Shown piece by piece: positions 23,077 to 38,907 of a stretch of DNA of 64,000 nt. The stretch comes from Flaccisagitta enflata (taxonomy: Eukaryota). The translations under genes and the position numbers were made by a program. The DNA is taken from assembly GCA_965153355.1 (NCBI GenBank), contig OZ231126.1, positions 12,090,001 to 12,154,000 of the forward strand, given 5' to 3'. The notes under the pieces were generated by a model, which was given only the letters and a program-made list of their open reading frames with translations, made no database searches and was not told the DNA's origin. Each line of letters opens with the position of its first letter. The stretch's first letter is position 1.

Positions 23077-23707
23077 CTATCTCTTTCTCTTTCTCTTTCT
23101 CTCTCTCTCATTTCATGAATTTCCGGATATCATGAGGAATAAAAACCTTCTTTCTAAAAGCCTGGCGCGGCCGCGGTTTTTTTTTAATGCCGGATGCAAT
23201 CGAAGACGTGCTTGAGAATCGGACTCAAACGAGAGCAACACGATGTCACAATCGGACGCAACAGCGACCTACTTCATGTAGCAATGCGGTGAATTTGTTG
23301 ATTATCAAAAACTTCCAAAATTTCTGACTCGTTCAGGCTTGAATTACTAACAAAATACATCCCTAATCACGTAAACTTGATCCCGCTATATTGTTATACT
23401 GACAATATATGTTCATTGCCTAATCTGAGATAATGTAAATCCAATGCTCAAGAGACAATCCAGATCACGATAAGAAACCTTATTATCAATCTTTGATGAA
23501 CACAAAGGATCAAGATTGAAGTAATATGATGCCTTTTCCATTTTCCAAAACATGTAAACCGAGAGCGGGACTATCATTATTTTGTAGAGTATCAAATTTA
23601 GTGTAGTATTTTGGTACTATCAATTTTGATGGTTGTGTTAGTTTTATTGTTTTTGGTTTGTTTTTTTTTCGGGGGGGGGGAGTAAATGAACTAGAAATAG
23701 AAAGTTA

Positions 23708-23870
23708 AAAAGGCCGTATACACGGCAGCATTAGTCGCGGATGGGTGGGCAGGAGCGGAAAACTTCGAAAAGTGACTTTGAGATGGATAGTTGGATGGAC
23801 CGACCAACCGACTACTTGACCAACCAAAGGACCGAAGGGCCAAAAAGTGGGTTATAGAGTTGCGTGTCGG
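23708..23870 (-). mobile_element. HINE family A copy (degenerate)
   Basis: AGGCCGTATACACGGC hairpin, GGGTGGGCAGG core, GACC repeats. Confidence 0.6.
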
Positions 23871-24629
23871 TGTCCAAATTGTAAAATACATTGCGTTGAG
23901 AGAAAATGTCAAGATACAAAATCCAAAGGATTACGTGTCGCAAAGGAAGCTTAAAAGATTTGACTGGGTGGGGTGGGGGCGTTAACGGGGGTCGCAGCGC
24001 CAAAGGGGTGAAAGAAGTAAAGAGGTGAAGAGACGATGAGGGTGGAGGTGGCAAAACAAGACAGTATCACCCTTTTAAAACAGGGATAACGATGATCCCT
24101 GAGAGTTTAAGGTTGATGAGAGGGTTGTAGATGAAATTGGGAGGTGTTGCAAAAATATTCAGAATGATGAAAAAAGGTTGATTAACAATTCATGGACATT
24201 AAAGGTGAATGTGATAAATCTAAGTTAAGTAAAAAAAGGTGGGGGTGAAAAAAAAAGAGGTTCAGATTGAGGGAGGATGATGGGTTGAGATCAAAGTGAC
24301 AAAAATATAAGCTTGGGGGTGAGAAGGGTGGGGTTGGAAAATGATGAATGAGGGCGAGATGTCGGGATTCAAGAGATAAACAGGGATTAGCCATAATGAG
24401 TAGGGTGGGGGTGACAAATCAAGATGGAGGATGAAATGTGGTGATTACACTGGATATGATGGGGCGCAAGTAGGATAGAGGGCGTTGAGATTAGAGCTGA
24501 AACCCTGCATGAGAAGCGGACTAGACTGGGTGTGGTTGACATTTAGCAGTAGAAATGGGTTTGGGTGGGTGTTGATGATACGAAGGTGAAGTAGTTGAAG
24601 TGGAGGATCAAGTGGGTAAAGTGGGAGGT

Positions 24630-24715
<86 letters not shown>

Positions 24716-25061
24716 GAAGAGAGACAGAGAGAGACGAAGAAAAAGACAGACAGAGACAGAGTGAGAGGAGAGAAAGAGAGGATGATTAGCAGCAGGACAA
24801 AAAAAGAAGCTAGAATAAAAAAAAAAGAAGGGAGAAAAAAATTGTCTTGAAAAATTCCGAGTGGAATCCAATTTTTCCACTGCCATTTTCATTTGAGTGC
24901 CATTTACCCGGGCGGGAATGATAATGGAACATTTGCAATTCGCTTTTGGGGGTGCGGATCCGCCCTCTTCACTGTCTCTGTCTCTGTTTATCTCTCACTC
25001 TCTGTCTCACTCTTTTTGTTTTCACCCTTTACTAAAGCAAAGGTTCATTCTCTCTGTTCTT

Positions 25062-25096
<35 letters not shown>

Positions 25097-25720
25097 CTCT
25101 TTTGTCTGTCTCAATCTCTGTCATACTCTCATCCCTGTCGATATCCCGCCATGATGATGAATTTGTCTAACATTTCTGAAAAATAAGATCACTCAAAGTT
25201 TGCATGAAGGCTTCGTTTTCTCTGCTCTCCCGACAAAATGCAAATATTGATATTCGAGCCGCGTCCTCCTTTCTTTTTCTCTCCTTTCTTTTTCTCTCCT
25301 TTCTTTTTCTCTCCTTTCTTTTTCTCTCCTTTCTTTTTCTCTCCTTTCTTTTTCTCTCCTTTCTTTTTCCTCTTCTTTTTTTTTCTTTCTTTATCTATGT
25401 TTTTTTTAAAGTTCTTTTCCTTTTCTATAACTGTGGTATTATATTGTTCATAATGAAAAAAAAAATTGGATTTTTTGCACATTTTTCACATGAGCTCTAA
25501 ATGGCATTTTCCAATTAATTTTTCCTATAAATGCGATTATTGTATTTGGAATTCACCATGCAACAGCTAGTTTTTTCTATACATTCTTGCATGGTGTAAT
25601 CACTGAAAACAGAATTGTCAGCTTTGTTATTGACAGAGAAACTTTAAGAATGTCTACATAATGCATTTTTGAAAGTATAGATGATACTAGTGAGGATGAT
25701 GATGATGATGATGGTGATGG

Positions 25721-25775
<55 letters not shown>

Positions 25776-25897
25776 CTTTCTTTTCCTTTTTTTTGGTAAT
25801 TCTAGAAGTTGAGAGTCTGGACTGAGAGGAAAATATGTAAAAGAAACTTTCAACTACCTTTTAATGGCGTTAGGCAAATATGGAAATTGGAGAAGAC

Positions 25898-26034
<137 letters not shown>

Positions 26035-26430
26035 ATAGAGAAAGGAGGAGGAGATAAGATCTCCGCTAAGAGAAGAGCCAGTGATAGTTTGACAAGAAGA
26101 AAATTTGAGCCAACGGCAAAAAGAAAACATAAAAGTAAAAGAAGAACGAACCGAGTTCAAATAAAACCAAAACAAAATATATCAAGAAAGACGAGGAAAA
26201 CAAAAAGAAAAAAAAATCCCCAAAACAAAAAGAAAATTTCCAGCCTTCTGTCAAACTTTCAACAACCTTCTGTTGAACAAAACAAAGCCGTAACTAATCC
26301 AGTAACAATGCCACACACGCATCTAGGTTCAATAAGTAAGCGATCACGCGATCACGCAAATTTACCTTTACGGGCATATAGAATATAAAGGCGACAACCA
26401 GAGTCAAAACGACGAAACATCCTGGTGATT

Positions 26431-26502
26431 AAACAACAAAACAACCCAGTGATAAAACAACAAAACAACCCAGCGATAAAACAACAAAACAACCCAGCAA
26501 TA
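26431..26502. repeat. 24-bp minisatellite x3 just inside the last Irx intron
   Basis: AAACAACAAAACAACCCAGYRATA repeated. Confidence 0.8.
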
Positions 26503-26542
26503 TAACCACAACACAACATGACAATATAACAACAAGTCTTAC

Positions 26543-28450
26543 CGGCAGAAGAATGACTTTTGTTGAGACTAGTTGAGGCGACGATCGGGGATCCGACTGT
26601 CGGCGGAATTCGTTGAGAAATCGAGGGCAAAGACGCCGCGGATGCGGATGCAGACGCCGCTGGCGGCCCGCTGGACCTCGAAGGCGTCGGGAACGCCAAC
26701 ACGTGCGGAGAAGGCCGCAACGCAGCCGCGGCCAACGCCGAGGCCACTCGTTGTTGCTGTTGCTGCTGCTGTTGTTGCATGACCGCGGCCAACTGCGCGG
26801 CGTGATGAGCCGCGGCGGCGGCGGCGGCGGCGGCGGACATCGGAGACCGCGGCCGATCAGCGGCGGATGCTTGATGAGGAGGAGGCAGATGAAAGCCGGA
26901 GGCGGAGGACGAAACGGCGGCGGCAGAGTTGAGATGTTGGCTCAAAGAAGCGGCGGCTGCGGCTGCGGCGGCTGCTGCCGAAACGCCGGATGGCATTGTA
27001 GGAGGCGCCGAGAGAAAGGGATTGTTTAAAACGGCGCCGTTTGAGGCGGGCGAAGAAGCGGAAGACGACGCCGGAACGACGACCGAAGACGCCGCCGACG
27101 GATGCTCGGTGTGAAAAACGCCGGATTCGACCCAATTGCGTAGATGACTCATCGCCGGCGTGAAAGTGCCGCCGGCCGCGGCCACGGCCAAAGCCGTCGA
27201 CGTCAGAGGCGCCACCGCAGTCGGCGCCGACGACGAGGAGGCTGAGGCGGAAGCGGAAGTGGCAAAGGGATGATGCCTCAACGCCGACAACGAATGAGAA
27301 GACGGGGATTTGCCGCTAAGTCGATCCTGATTGGTCGGATTGAACAGAGGATGATGAGGATGATGAGGAGGAAGAGAATTGAGAGGATGAGGAGGGCCGG
27401 GATGAGAGGAGAAATGGGATGAAGGATGAGGAGGAGGTGAGGAGGCGGCGGCGGTGTCGGCTAACGACCAAATGCGGGGTTTGTCATTTGTGGAAGTTGA
27501 CATCGTCGTCGACGAAGTTGTTGAGGATGCCAAAGTAGTCGTCGACGTCAATGAAAGACCGGAAGCGCCGGATTTGTTGTTATTGTTGATACTGCCGGGT
27601 TTCGAATCATTTTCCGGCGGCGAAGAAGAGTTTTTGACGTTGTTGTCTTCGTTTTCCGCCAACGAAGATGTCGATAAAAGTCGTTTGTTGATGTTGATGT
27701 TGTCTCCAGCGGATGAAGGCGAAGTTGACGAAGAATTCCGCCGATGAAGTGGAAGATGATGCTGTTGTTGTTGAAGACTTTTGTCGACGGCGGCGTCGAT
27801 GGCGGCGTTGTTGGCGGGCCGTTTGGCGGCGGAAGCGGAGGATGCGGTCGCCGGAGACGACGAGGAGGAAGAGGAAGAAGAGGAGGAGGTTTTCTCGGGT
27901 GAGGAAGAGGAAGTTGGAGAGACGACGAGAGAAAGGGCCGCGTGCCGAGCCGGAAGGCCGGGACTGTGAAGATCCGGACGCCGGAGGACGTTCGTGGGGG
28001 CGGCCGAGGAGGAAGAGGAAGAGGAAGGTAAATGATGAGGAGGAAGATGAGGAGGTAAATGAGGGTATGAGGAGAGGGAGGAAGGATCGATCGCGCCGAA
28101 AGGATGCGCGGGATGAGGATGAGGAGGTCCTCCAGGACGAGCGTGTTGGAGGAGAAGAGGATGATGAGGATGATTAAGATGCGCCGGATGAGGCATGGAA
28201 GGATCGGCGGAATGGGCCGGACGGAGGAAACCGGCGGCTGCAGCAGCGGCGGCAGCGGCGGCGGCTGCAGCGTCGGCAGACATATCGCCGGCAAGGCCGG
28301 GATTACGGGAAGATGCCGACGCCGTCGTGTCAGCGGCGGAAGAGGAAGGAGGATGAGGAAGAGCAGAAGGATGAGGAGGAGCGGCAAAAAGCCGGCGCTT
28401 GTCGTTGTTGTTGTCGCCTTCGCTGTCTGAGACGACGTCGATGTCTGAAC
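26543..28450 (-). CDS. Irx: Iroquois coding exon 7 containing the IRO box (KPRIWSLADTA)
   Basis: cactcag acceptor after a (CT)n tract, G|GTAAGA donor, 1908 nt, phase 1-1; in frame with ORF 26352..28283; IRO box present. Confidence 0.92.
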
Positions 28451-28471
28451 CTGAGTGAGTGATCGATCGAT

Positions 28472-28573
<102 letters not shown>

Positions 28574-30807
28574 AAAAATTATTATTGATAGTTTGGTCGC
28601 GTTTAATGGTTTATGATTTGTTTGACATGGAGGCAGACCAGTTTAGCCTTGAGTTAAAATTACAGGAGTCATAAAGACTTCTTTTGTAAATCATTTGCAT
28701 AATTGTCAATTAATTGAGCAATTTATAGGAGCACATATTTCTAATCGTTTTCTCGTGGACAAATTACATGGCAACCGAGAGGAGGAAAGAAAGAGACAAA
28801 GTTATTTATTGGAATAACTGGTTCTTTTTCTTTTCTTTTTTATTTCAAAAGAATATAAATCTAAAGAGAGGGTTTTGTAAATTTTATAATCAATAGGTTG
28901 CCCAAAACTAGCACAAGCACCCACCACTTAGGCCAAAGAGACGTAGATTTTTACATCAAGGTATATAAGGGTTAAAGCACATATGAGATCAGCAATTTTT
29001 TGTTTAGAAAATCCTTTTTTGTAATTCAACTAGACTTTTTAAATATCGACCGTTAAAATCTATTCACAAGCAGTCCAACAGTAAGATTCTTGTATAAAGC
29101 AACCGTTGCAAACAATTTTTTCAGCCAACCATTACACAGATCTCGGTTGGCAGTGCGTCTCTAATGTTTTTTCGATTTGTTCCTTTGCCTCATTATTGAA
29201 TATAACAACTTATCTCCTCTCTCAATCGTCCTCCTCCCCCTCTTCCTGATCTCTCTCCTCCTATACTTTTTTTTTACTTCCTGGCCAGTATTTAATGTCT
29301 ACCCAATTTTCATAATTTGTTTTGTGTGTGTATAGGAAGCCTTATAGAGCCGTGGTCATTAAAGATTCCAACCAAACATAAAATTGATCATTAAAACTTT
29401 CCCTCAAGCAAAAATTCACTTCTCTGTCTCTGTCTCTGTCTCTGTCCTTCATTCATATTTTCTGATGCTCCTCCTAATGTTCCTTTCTTGATATTCTTCT
29501 GATTTACCTCCTAATCATCATCTTCTCTCTCATTTTCCTTCCTTCCTTCTTCTTCTTCTTCTTCTTCTTCTTCTTCTTCTTCTTCTTCTTCTTCTTCTTC
29601 TTCTTCTTCTTCTCTTCTTCTTCTTCTTCAAATTCTTTCTTCTTTCTTCTTCATCTGTTTTATTTTTCCCCTCTCCTTCTTGTTCTTCTTCCTCCTATTT
29701 TTCTTCTTCTCTTTTTTCTTCTTCTTCTCTTTTCTTCTTCTTCTTCTTCTTTCTTCTTTCTTCTTCTTCTTCTTCTCTTTTCCTTCATCTCGTTGCAAAG
29801 ATCATCCTTTCTGAAGAGATTTTCTTATAATAAATAATCGTTTTCTGACACTTTAATTCTTATTTCATCTCTCCTTCTCTTATTTTCCATTTCTTTTACA
29901 TCAGCTTTATTTTCCTTTTTTCTTTTTTTTTTCTTTCTTCCATTCATTCTTCCATTCTTTCTACCCTTCTGTCTTTCCTTCTTTCTTTGTATCTGTCTGT
30001 TGTTCGTTTTATCATTCCTAGTTATCATTCGTAATTCTCCTCACCCATGATCTATTTCAACCTTCCACATTTCTTCCTTTCTTTTTTTCTATCCTTCTTT
30101 TCTTTCTTTCTTTCTTTCTTTCTCTCTTTCTTTCTGTCAATTTCTTTGTCTTACTTTCTTTCTTTCTTTCTTTCATTCTAATAACAATATCCCCTTTCTT
30201 TCTTTCACACATCCATCTTCGCCTTTCCATGAAATATTACTGTCCCCTCTCCTCCACTTTTCTGCGTTTTCTCTCTCATCTTTCCCACAAATTTCCAGAT
30301 TACGATCTTTTTCCATTTTTCAATGAAATCTTCTTCACGTCTCAACATCATTTTTCTTCATTTTTCTTCATCTTTTCTCTTTTTTTTTATCTGCGACTAT
30401 TTTCAACTTTTTTTGTTTAAAAAGATGAAAAATGAAAACTGCCCGTTTTTTTCTAACTCTTATTCTTCTTTACTCATGCTTTGAAATGAGGATTACAACT
30501 TGAGACATTTGTTTCTTTATGTCTCTCTTTATTTTTGCATAGAATGAGAAATTGACCTTACGTTTTCTTGACTCGGAAAATATCATTAGGTCTTCCTCTA
30601 TTCTACGTAATGGTCATTTTTGAATATACTTGGAAATCTTTAAACTGAGAATGAATACCAATCGAAATATGGCGTCTGCCTCATCCCCTACTTCCCCCCC
30701 CCCCCCCCATCAGGCAAGGAAACTGGGTTTTAGCGGTCAGAAACTTGACAGGCCCTGAAGAATGTCCTAATATCCATTTTTGAAAGAAGGAAATAAAGAG
30801 AGAACGA

Positions 30808-30879
<72 letters not shown>

Positions 30880-30911
30880 AAAAAAGAAAGAAAGAAAAAA
30901 AGGAAGAAGGA

Positions 30912-30971
<60 letters not shown>

Positions 30972-30975
30972 AAAA

Positions 30976-31070
<95 letters not shown>

Positions 31071-31368
31071 GAAGAAAGAAAGATAAAAAGCAAAGAAAAG
31101 AAAGAGACGTCAGTAGTTAATAACTACACGATCGCGGCAGCCGCAAATTGGGACTGAAAGTCAGCAGCGGCAGTAATTACCGCAGCCGAGGCCAGCAGCG
31201 GCAGCAACCGAGGCCAGCAGCGCTGCAGCGGCGGCGGCAAAGTCAGCAGCAGCCTCTATTTAGTCGATGATCGATGGACCAAAGGCAAGAAAGTCGATTT
31301 TCGTAAAGAGAGAATGTCTCAACCACCTGGCCAGTGCCTGAGACAGCCTGAGACACCGTTTCCGTAAT

Positions 31369-31465
<97 letters not shown>

Positions 31466-32388
31466 AAGATTGGTGGATGGGTATGTTGGTAGGAAGACAG
31501 ACAGACAGACACACAGAGAGACTCACAGACAGACAGGGAGATATTCATACAGACTGGTATCCTGACATGACAGACAGAGGAAGATAGAGACAACGCTGGA
31601 AAAAATCCAGTACTTAACTAATTTCATCGACATAATCACAGCATCAATTATACTTAGCGTCTGCCACACACTTGACAATGAGTAAGTCCTCTTAGCTAAC
31701 GATGAAACACAAAAACTCTCTCAATCTTAAAAGCTTACTTTCCCCGTTTGGAAAAACCTGCTGATGTCAATTGACTCGAGTTGTGTATGAGGACCATTTT
31801 GGTTAGTACATCGTGACCATCGTCGTTAACTTATCAAGAGTTCGGACAAAGTACGTAGACGCGACAATACAAGGACAAAACATAGGAGTGCGGACAATCT
31901 GTCATTAGCTTTGTGACAAAGTGCATTGACGTGGATCTTAAAGCCAATTTAAAGAAAAATCGGTGGATTTGTTGAATCCTTTTAGTAATGAAAACGTTTT
32001 CTGTACACGTGGCGGAAAGGACGCATGGCATGCATGGACTAGGCAGCGCATTAGAGACCTTCATTCGCTACTCCCCATGAATTCAATATTATAAATATTG
32101 ACAACGACAAATTGTTTTTGCTTGTTAGTTGTTGATTGCTCATTTGTTCATATCAATGCACAAAAACGGTGACTACAACATTCATTTGTCATATTACGTT
32201 CGGTCATTAGGTTTTTCCTCCATTCTCGAATCTTTCTTCCCTTGTTTTTGATCAAATGTTCAAATGTTTGATTTCTTTGTCTCTAATCCCCAAAAAAGCG
32301 CCAGCGGGCATTTCCTGTGTTTCAACGACCGATTGCATCGAGAAAACTTTTTGGAGTTTTTGTCAGTGTATCAATGCTAAGTGTGCGT

Positions 32389-32435
<47 letters not shown>

Positions 32436-32512
32436 GTCAACAGTGTGTCATCCTTGGACCCTTCTTTCGCCATCTCTACCCCTCATTAGAGAACCAGAGA
32501 CGGGAATCATTG

Positions 32513-32624
<112 letters not shown>

Positions 32625-32927
32625 CAGAGACAGAGACAGAGAGAGAGACAGAGAGACATACATAAAAACAGACAGATAAGCAGACAGATAGACAAAGACG
32701 AAGATATACACAGACAGACAAAGAAAGAGACAGGTACAGAGAATAGAGCCATAGAAATGAGTAACGTACCAACTCCTTCTCTTCAATATATCTAATAAAA
32801 ACGTAAAGCACGAATTTCAGTCATAAAATTGCCCCGTTTTTATCCCATCTCCGCTGCCAAAATTGGACATCCTCAAGGAGTTGACAGATTGAGAATGAGA
32901 ACGTTCAGCTCTCTCTTTCTCTTTCTC

Positions 32928-32999
<72 letters not shown>

Positions 33000-33009
33000 C
33001 TTCTAACTC

Positions 33010-33796
<787 letters not shown>

Positions 33797-33963
33797 GAAC
33801 ATATCTCTTTTCTCATCTACGCCCGTATCCAAAAGAGTTCTTGTCTTCTCTTTTAATATTAATTTTCATTCCGAAGAAACAAATTTATCCTCCTTTGTAT
33901 TTCGCCAGGGACCATTTTTCAGTCTTTCTCTTTCTCTTTCTCTCTTTCTCTTTCTCTTTCTCT

Positions 33964-34017
<54 letters not shown>

Positions 34018-34303
34018 GTCTCTCTCTCTTACTCGCCAATCAGTTTGATATTTCGATGATAATAACATTCCTTTTGGCCAATTGCTTTCAGATATACGGC
34101 GGTGCTTTCATACAGGGGGATGAGAATATGTAGGGAAATAGTGTGGGGATGATGTAGGGGGGTTTTGAGCAGAGGTAGGGCAGTATTTGTCCCAGGGGAT
34201 CTTGGAAAGGACAGGGCAAAGGAATTGACCACCGGATTGAGCTGAGTAGGCTTCAGTCTGATGTGTTAATGGAGATATATCAGTTATGTATGATGACTGA
34301 GTA

Positions 34304-34520
34304 TAACAGGGTGTGCAAAAAAATTTGCACTGGTACTGTAGCTTATAAAACATAAAAATTATCCTTACAGATAGCCCACTGTAATAGAATTTGAATTGAA
34401 GTATCCCTGCAGTAACTATATACTATGATAAAATTTTTGTAAAACTGAGCCAAGTGAAAGCATGCTTTTTACATCCTGTATGCTTCAGCATTTGTGCAAA
34501 AATGTTTGCACGCCCTGTTA
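34304..34520. mobile_element. Small MITE-like element
   Basis: TAACAGGGTGTGCAAA / TTTGCACGCCCTGTTA inverted repeat (15/16); no clear TSD. Confidence 0.5.
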
Positions 34521-34973
34521 GAGATTAGAGTTCTGACAGTAAGTCAGATGGAGTTTAACGCTAGTGTGCAAAAAGTCATTTTGCCTTATAAATGAAACTA
34601 TCACATGTATCTTTTCACAAATCACTGGCCATTGCAATGGCCATTTAGACATGCAAGACATCTTTAAAAGATTTCGCTCCAGCGCATCCATCATTTACGC
34701 CTTATTTTTAAGGTTGGTTAAGTGTCTCTTTTTGGCTTTGTGTCTGTTGTGGAGGCCCCCTAATGTGCACATGGCAGGTAAACACGGTTTGGGTTCCACC
34801 CCCGTTTTTGAAACAAAGCAAAAGTTCCTCCTTCTCTTTCTCCTTTAGCTTCTTCCTCATCTTTCTCCTCCTCTTCCTCATCTTTCTCCTCTTCTTGATC
34901 TTACTCCTCATCCGCGTTGACTTTCTGGGAACGCCTCCACCACGCCTTACCTCTCAAAGACGCGCCGACAGAA

Positions 34974-35078
<105 letters not shown>

Positions 35079-35568
35079 AAGAAAGAGAGACAGAGAAAGA
35101 GAAAGAGGGAGATAAAGTGAGAGAGAAACAAAGAGAGAGATACAATTACAAAACTGTAAAACAAAAACTAGAGAAGAAAAGAAAGAGAAATAGCAAAAAG
35201 TGAAAGAAGCGAATGACAGAAAAAGAAAAGGGAAACAGAGAGAGAGGGACAGACAGAGAAATAGATGGATGTGGAGGCAGCCATACCAACAGACCAGGAT
35301 ACAGAGAAAGAGATAGAGAGAAAGAGAAAAGAAAAAGAGAGAGGAAAAGAGGGAAAAAAGAGAAGAAAAAGAGAGAAAAAGAGAGAAAAAAGAGAGAGAA
35401 ATATGAAAGCGAGAGCAATTTTTGGTTATGACAAGTGGAGATGATGAATCGGCAAGAAGAGCATTGGAAGAGCTAATATCAGAAGATGAGAAGAGAGAAA
35501 AGAGAGAGAGAGAAAAAAGAGAAGGAATCAGGGAAAAAGACATATGACAGACAGAGAAATGGGATATC

Positions 35569-35661
<93 letters not shown>

Positions 35662-35769
35662 GAAGAGAGGGAAAGAAGAAAGAGAAAAAGACACATAGAA
35701 AGAGAAAAGAGAGAATGAATAAGAGAGAGTGAGGAGAGCGGCAGAATGTGACTAATATCCAGTAGATGG

Positions 35770-35865
<96 letters not shown>

Positions 35866-36605
35866 AACTTGTACCAATCTATATTCTATTTCCCATTTGT
35901 CGGTTGGGATCTGATTGCCATTTGCTTCTTAGATGCTCTCTTTCTCGACCGATTCTCTCTTTTCTCAATTGTTGACATGAAATCTTTTTGCTCTTTTTAA
36001 TCTTCCTACCTTTTCTACCCTTTTTTTTTTTTTTTTTTTTTTTTTGCTTTCGCTTTTTAAGTTTTTCTGTTCTGTCTTTCTTGTTTTTGTTCTTGTGTTC
36101 TTTCTTTTTCTGTTTGTATCATTCTTTTATTCCTTTCTTCTTTTCCAATTCCCCTCAAACTTTTTTTTCAAGCAAAAATCTCTCCATGTTCAAATTTTCA
36201 TATAAACTGCATTACCTCATTCCTCTTGTCATTTTCCATTTACAAAAAAAAAGAAGAAATAATACACCATTGGGGGAGTTCCCACTCATGGTACCAAGCC
36301 ACACCATTCAATAATCACTCTGCAATATAACACCTCTTCAGACTATTCAAAAGCGCTTCCGTTGCTCTGTCCGTCCCTACCAAATTCTACTCGTCCCTAC
36401 CAATTATTATTCGTCCCTCCCACTTTTCAGTCGTCCATTTCTTCCAGTTTTTAGTCGTCCTTTGCAACTTCCAAATCCAAGATGTTCTTTTTTTCTTGAT
36501 TTTTGATGCCGACAATTTCAAGTCAATTTCTAGCTATTACTTCAAACCCAATTAATGTCATGCGCGCTCTCTTTCTCTCTGTCTCTGTCTCTATCTCTGT
36601 CTCTG

Positions 36606-36662
<57 letters not shown>

Positions 36663-37048
36663 GAGCACGGGATGTTATCTCTCATGAAAGAGTATGGGTC
36701 CGTCGGTTTGTATTTTTCAATCGGTTTAAATTCTCACAAAACAAACAAAAAAGAAATTTTTTCAGAATTGTCTTGTCTGCAGAATGCATCTTTTGCATTT
36801 GATTTGATTTGATTTGATCTCTTAAAGGCTCATCAAACCAGTTTTTTTTTCTCTTTCTGATGGAAAGAAAAAAAAAGAACAAAAAAAAACTTGGTCCCTC
36901 GACTGGAAGTAAAATCATTTCTCTAATTACTCTTTGTTAAATATTTCTCCCGTGTAGAAACAATTTTTAAATATCATTACGACAATAATTACAAGTATCC
37001 CGTTGACTTACTTCGACGGTCCGGAATAAATGAGACTGGCCTCGGGGA

Positions 37049-37140
<92 letters not shown>

Positions 37141-37241
37141 GGAATCCATAGTATGGATAGACTAAGTTTCAAAGACAGACTACCTGACTGTGAGACAGAC
37201 AGGCAGACACACAGACAGACAGACAGACCGACAGACAGACC

Positions 37242-37351
<110 letters not shown>

Positions 37352-37714
37352 AAATACACACATCAGCGTTTAGAACCCAAAGAAGTGGCACTAATGTGAG
37401 ACGGCTGGTAGCGATGACAAAAAAATAAGTCTGGCAGAAATGACAAAGAACAATGACATAAATGACAATGACTCGTCGAAATATTTGACATAATCGAATA
37501 GCGTAATAAGGCCAAGTAATTAATTGACCGTACATAAAGATTCAGCTTAATTAGAACGATAAAAAATTATGAAAAAAAGCTATCGATATCCCTAGGCCAA
37601 ATGAAACGGGAAAAAAAGATTCATAATGATTTAGGAAAAAATTGGAATTGAGGGCAAAAAAAATGTATATCAATTTGGAATTGATATCATTTCCTTTTTG
37701 TCTTTCTTTATTTT

Positions 37715-37777
<63 letters not shown>

Positions 37778-37830
37778 CTCTTTCTCTCTTTCTTCCTCTC
37801 TTTATTTCTTCCTCTCTTTCTCTCTTTAGT

Positions 37831-37880
<50 letters not shown>

Positions 37881-38261
37881 TTTCTTCCTTTCTTTCATTC
37901 TCTCTTTCTTTCTCTCTTTCTTTCTTTCTTTCTCATTCTATTTCATTTTCAGGTTAACCACCAAACCATGTCTAAAGTGAGATTCCGTCTGTCGATGATT
38001 CGTCCAACATGCGTTTATCAAGTTTCAAGTCTTTCAAGTGCTTTCCTCATTTGTATTTTTCAAAAATGTCTACTTACTTTCAACTGCTTACTGCGGTTGA
38101 TAATTTTGTACTTAACCACGTTGATTATTATTTCGAAAATGATTTGGTTGCTTTTTTTTTTTTCTTGAGTGTTTTAGAGACAGAAGCCAAACTGAAATGT
38201 AATCTATGAGATTCTTTCGTTGTGACCCATGAATTTTTCCTTGACTTTTATACATCATTCA

Positions 38262-38380
38262 TTTCTTCATTTACTCACCGATATCCGAGATCTCATCATC
38301 CAGTATTTCATTAACTCACCGATATCACAGATGTCAACATTCATTGGTTCATTAACTCACCGATATCAGAAATGTCATCC
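38262..38380. repeat. 41-bp tandem triplication containing the Irx exon 6 donor
   Basis: ACTCACCGATATC at 38273, 38314 and 38355. Confidence 0.85.
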
Positions 38381-38482
38381 CTGGCGTCTCCATTGAGTAG
38401 TTCGTCGTCGCTGTCGTCGTCGTTTTTGTCGTCGTTTTTCCGGTCGCCACCAGAGGCAGCATCGTCGTCACCGACCCGATTC
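38361..38482 (-). CDS. Irx: Iroquois coding exon 6, acidic region (RNRVGDDD...DDISDI)
   Basis: gttcag acceptor, G|GTGAGT donor, 122 nt, phase 2-1. Completes WSPRNR plus the acidic patch typical of Irx. Confidence 0.9.
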
Positions 38483-38695
38483 CTGAACAAAAGATCAATC
38501 GAGAAGAAATTACAAAACTTTTAATTAGTTTCATTGTCAATAATTTGAAATTTCAGAGATACAAGTTTGCAAGTTAACAAGAATTTTATTAGATTATCAT
38601 GCAGATGAAAAAGGTCAACTTGCAACAGGACAAGATGTGGTTTAACTGAAGTGAGAATGGATTTCACAACCAGTGGGCCACAACATTCTCGGGCC

Positions 38696-38766
<71 letters not shown>

Positions 38767-38792
38767 GTCATCATCATCATCCCCGAACTCAC

Positions 38793-38907
38793 CTTGGTGA
38801 CCACGTCATTTTGTTTTCTTTTTTAAGCCTCCTTCTGGCATTGGCAAACCATGTAGAAACTTGAGTCAATGTCATCTTTGTGATAATCGCCAACATGATT
38901 TTCTCTC
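38793..38907 (-). CDS. Irx: Iroquois coding exon 5, homeodomain C-half ([38 protein letters not shown])
   Basis: [14 protein letters not shown] is the IRX signature; acacag acceptor, AG|GTGAGT donor, 115 nt, phase 1-2. Confidence 0.97.

Noticed and set aside
26573-28430. Plus-strand and alternative-frame ORFs over Irx exon 7
   Set aside because: Shadow frames of GC-rich triplet-repeat coding sequence.
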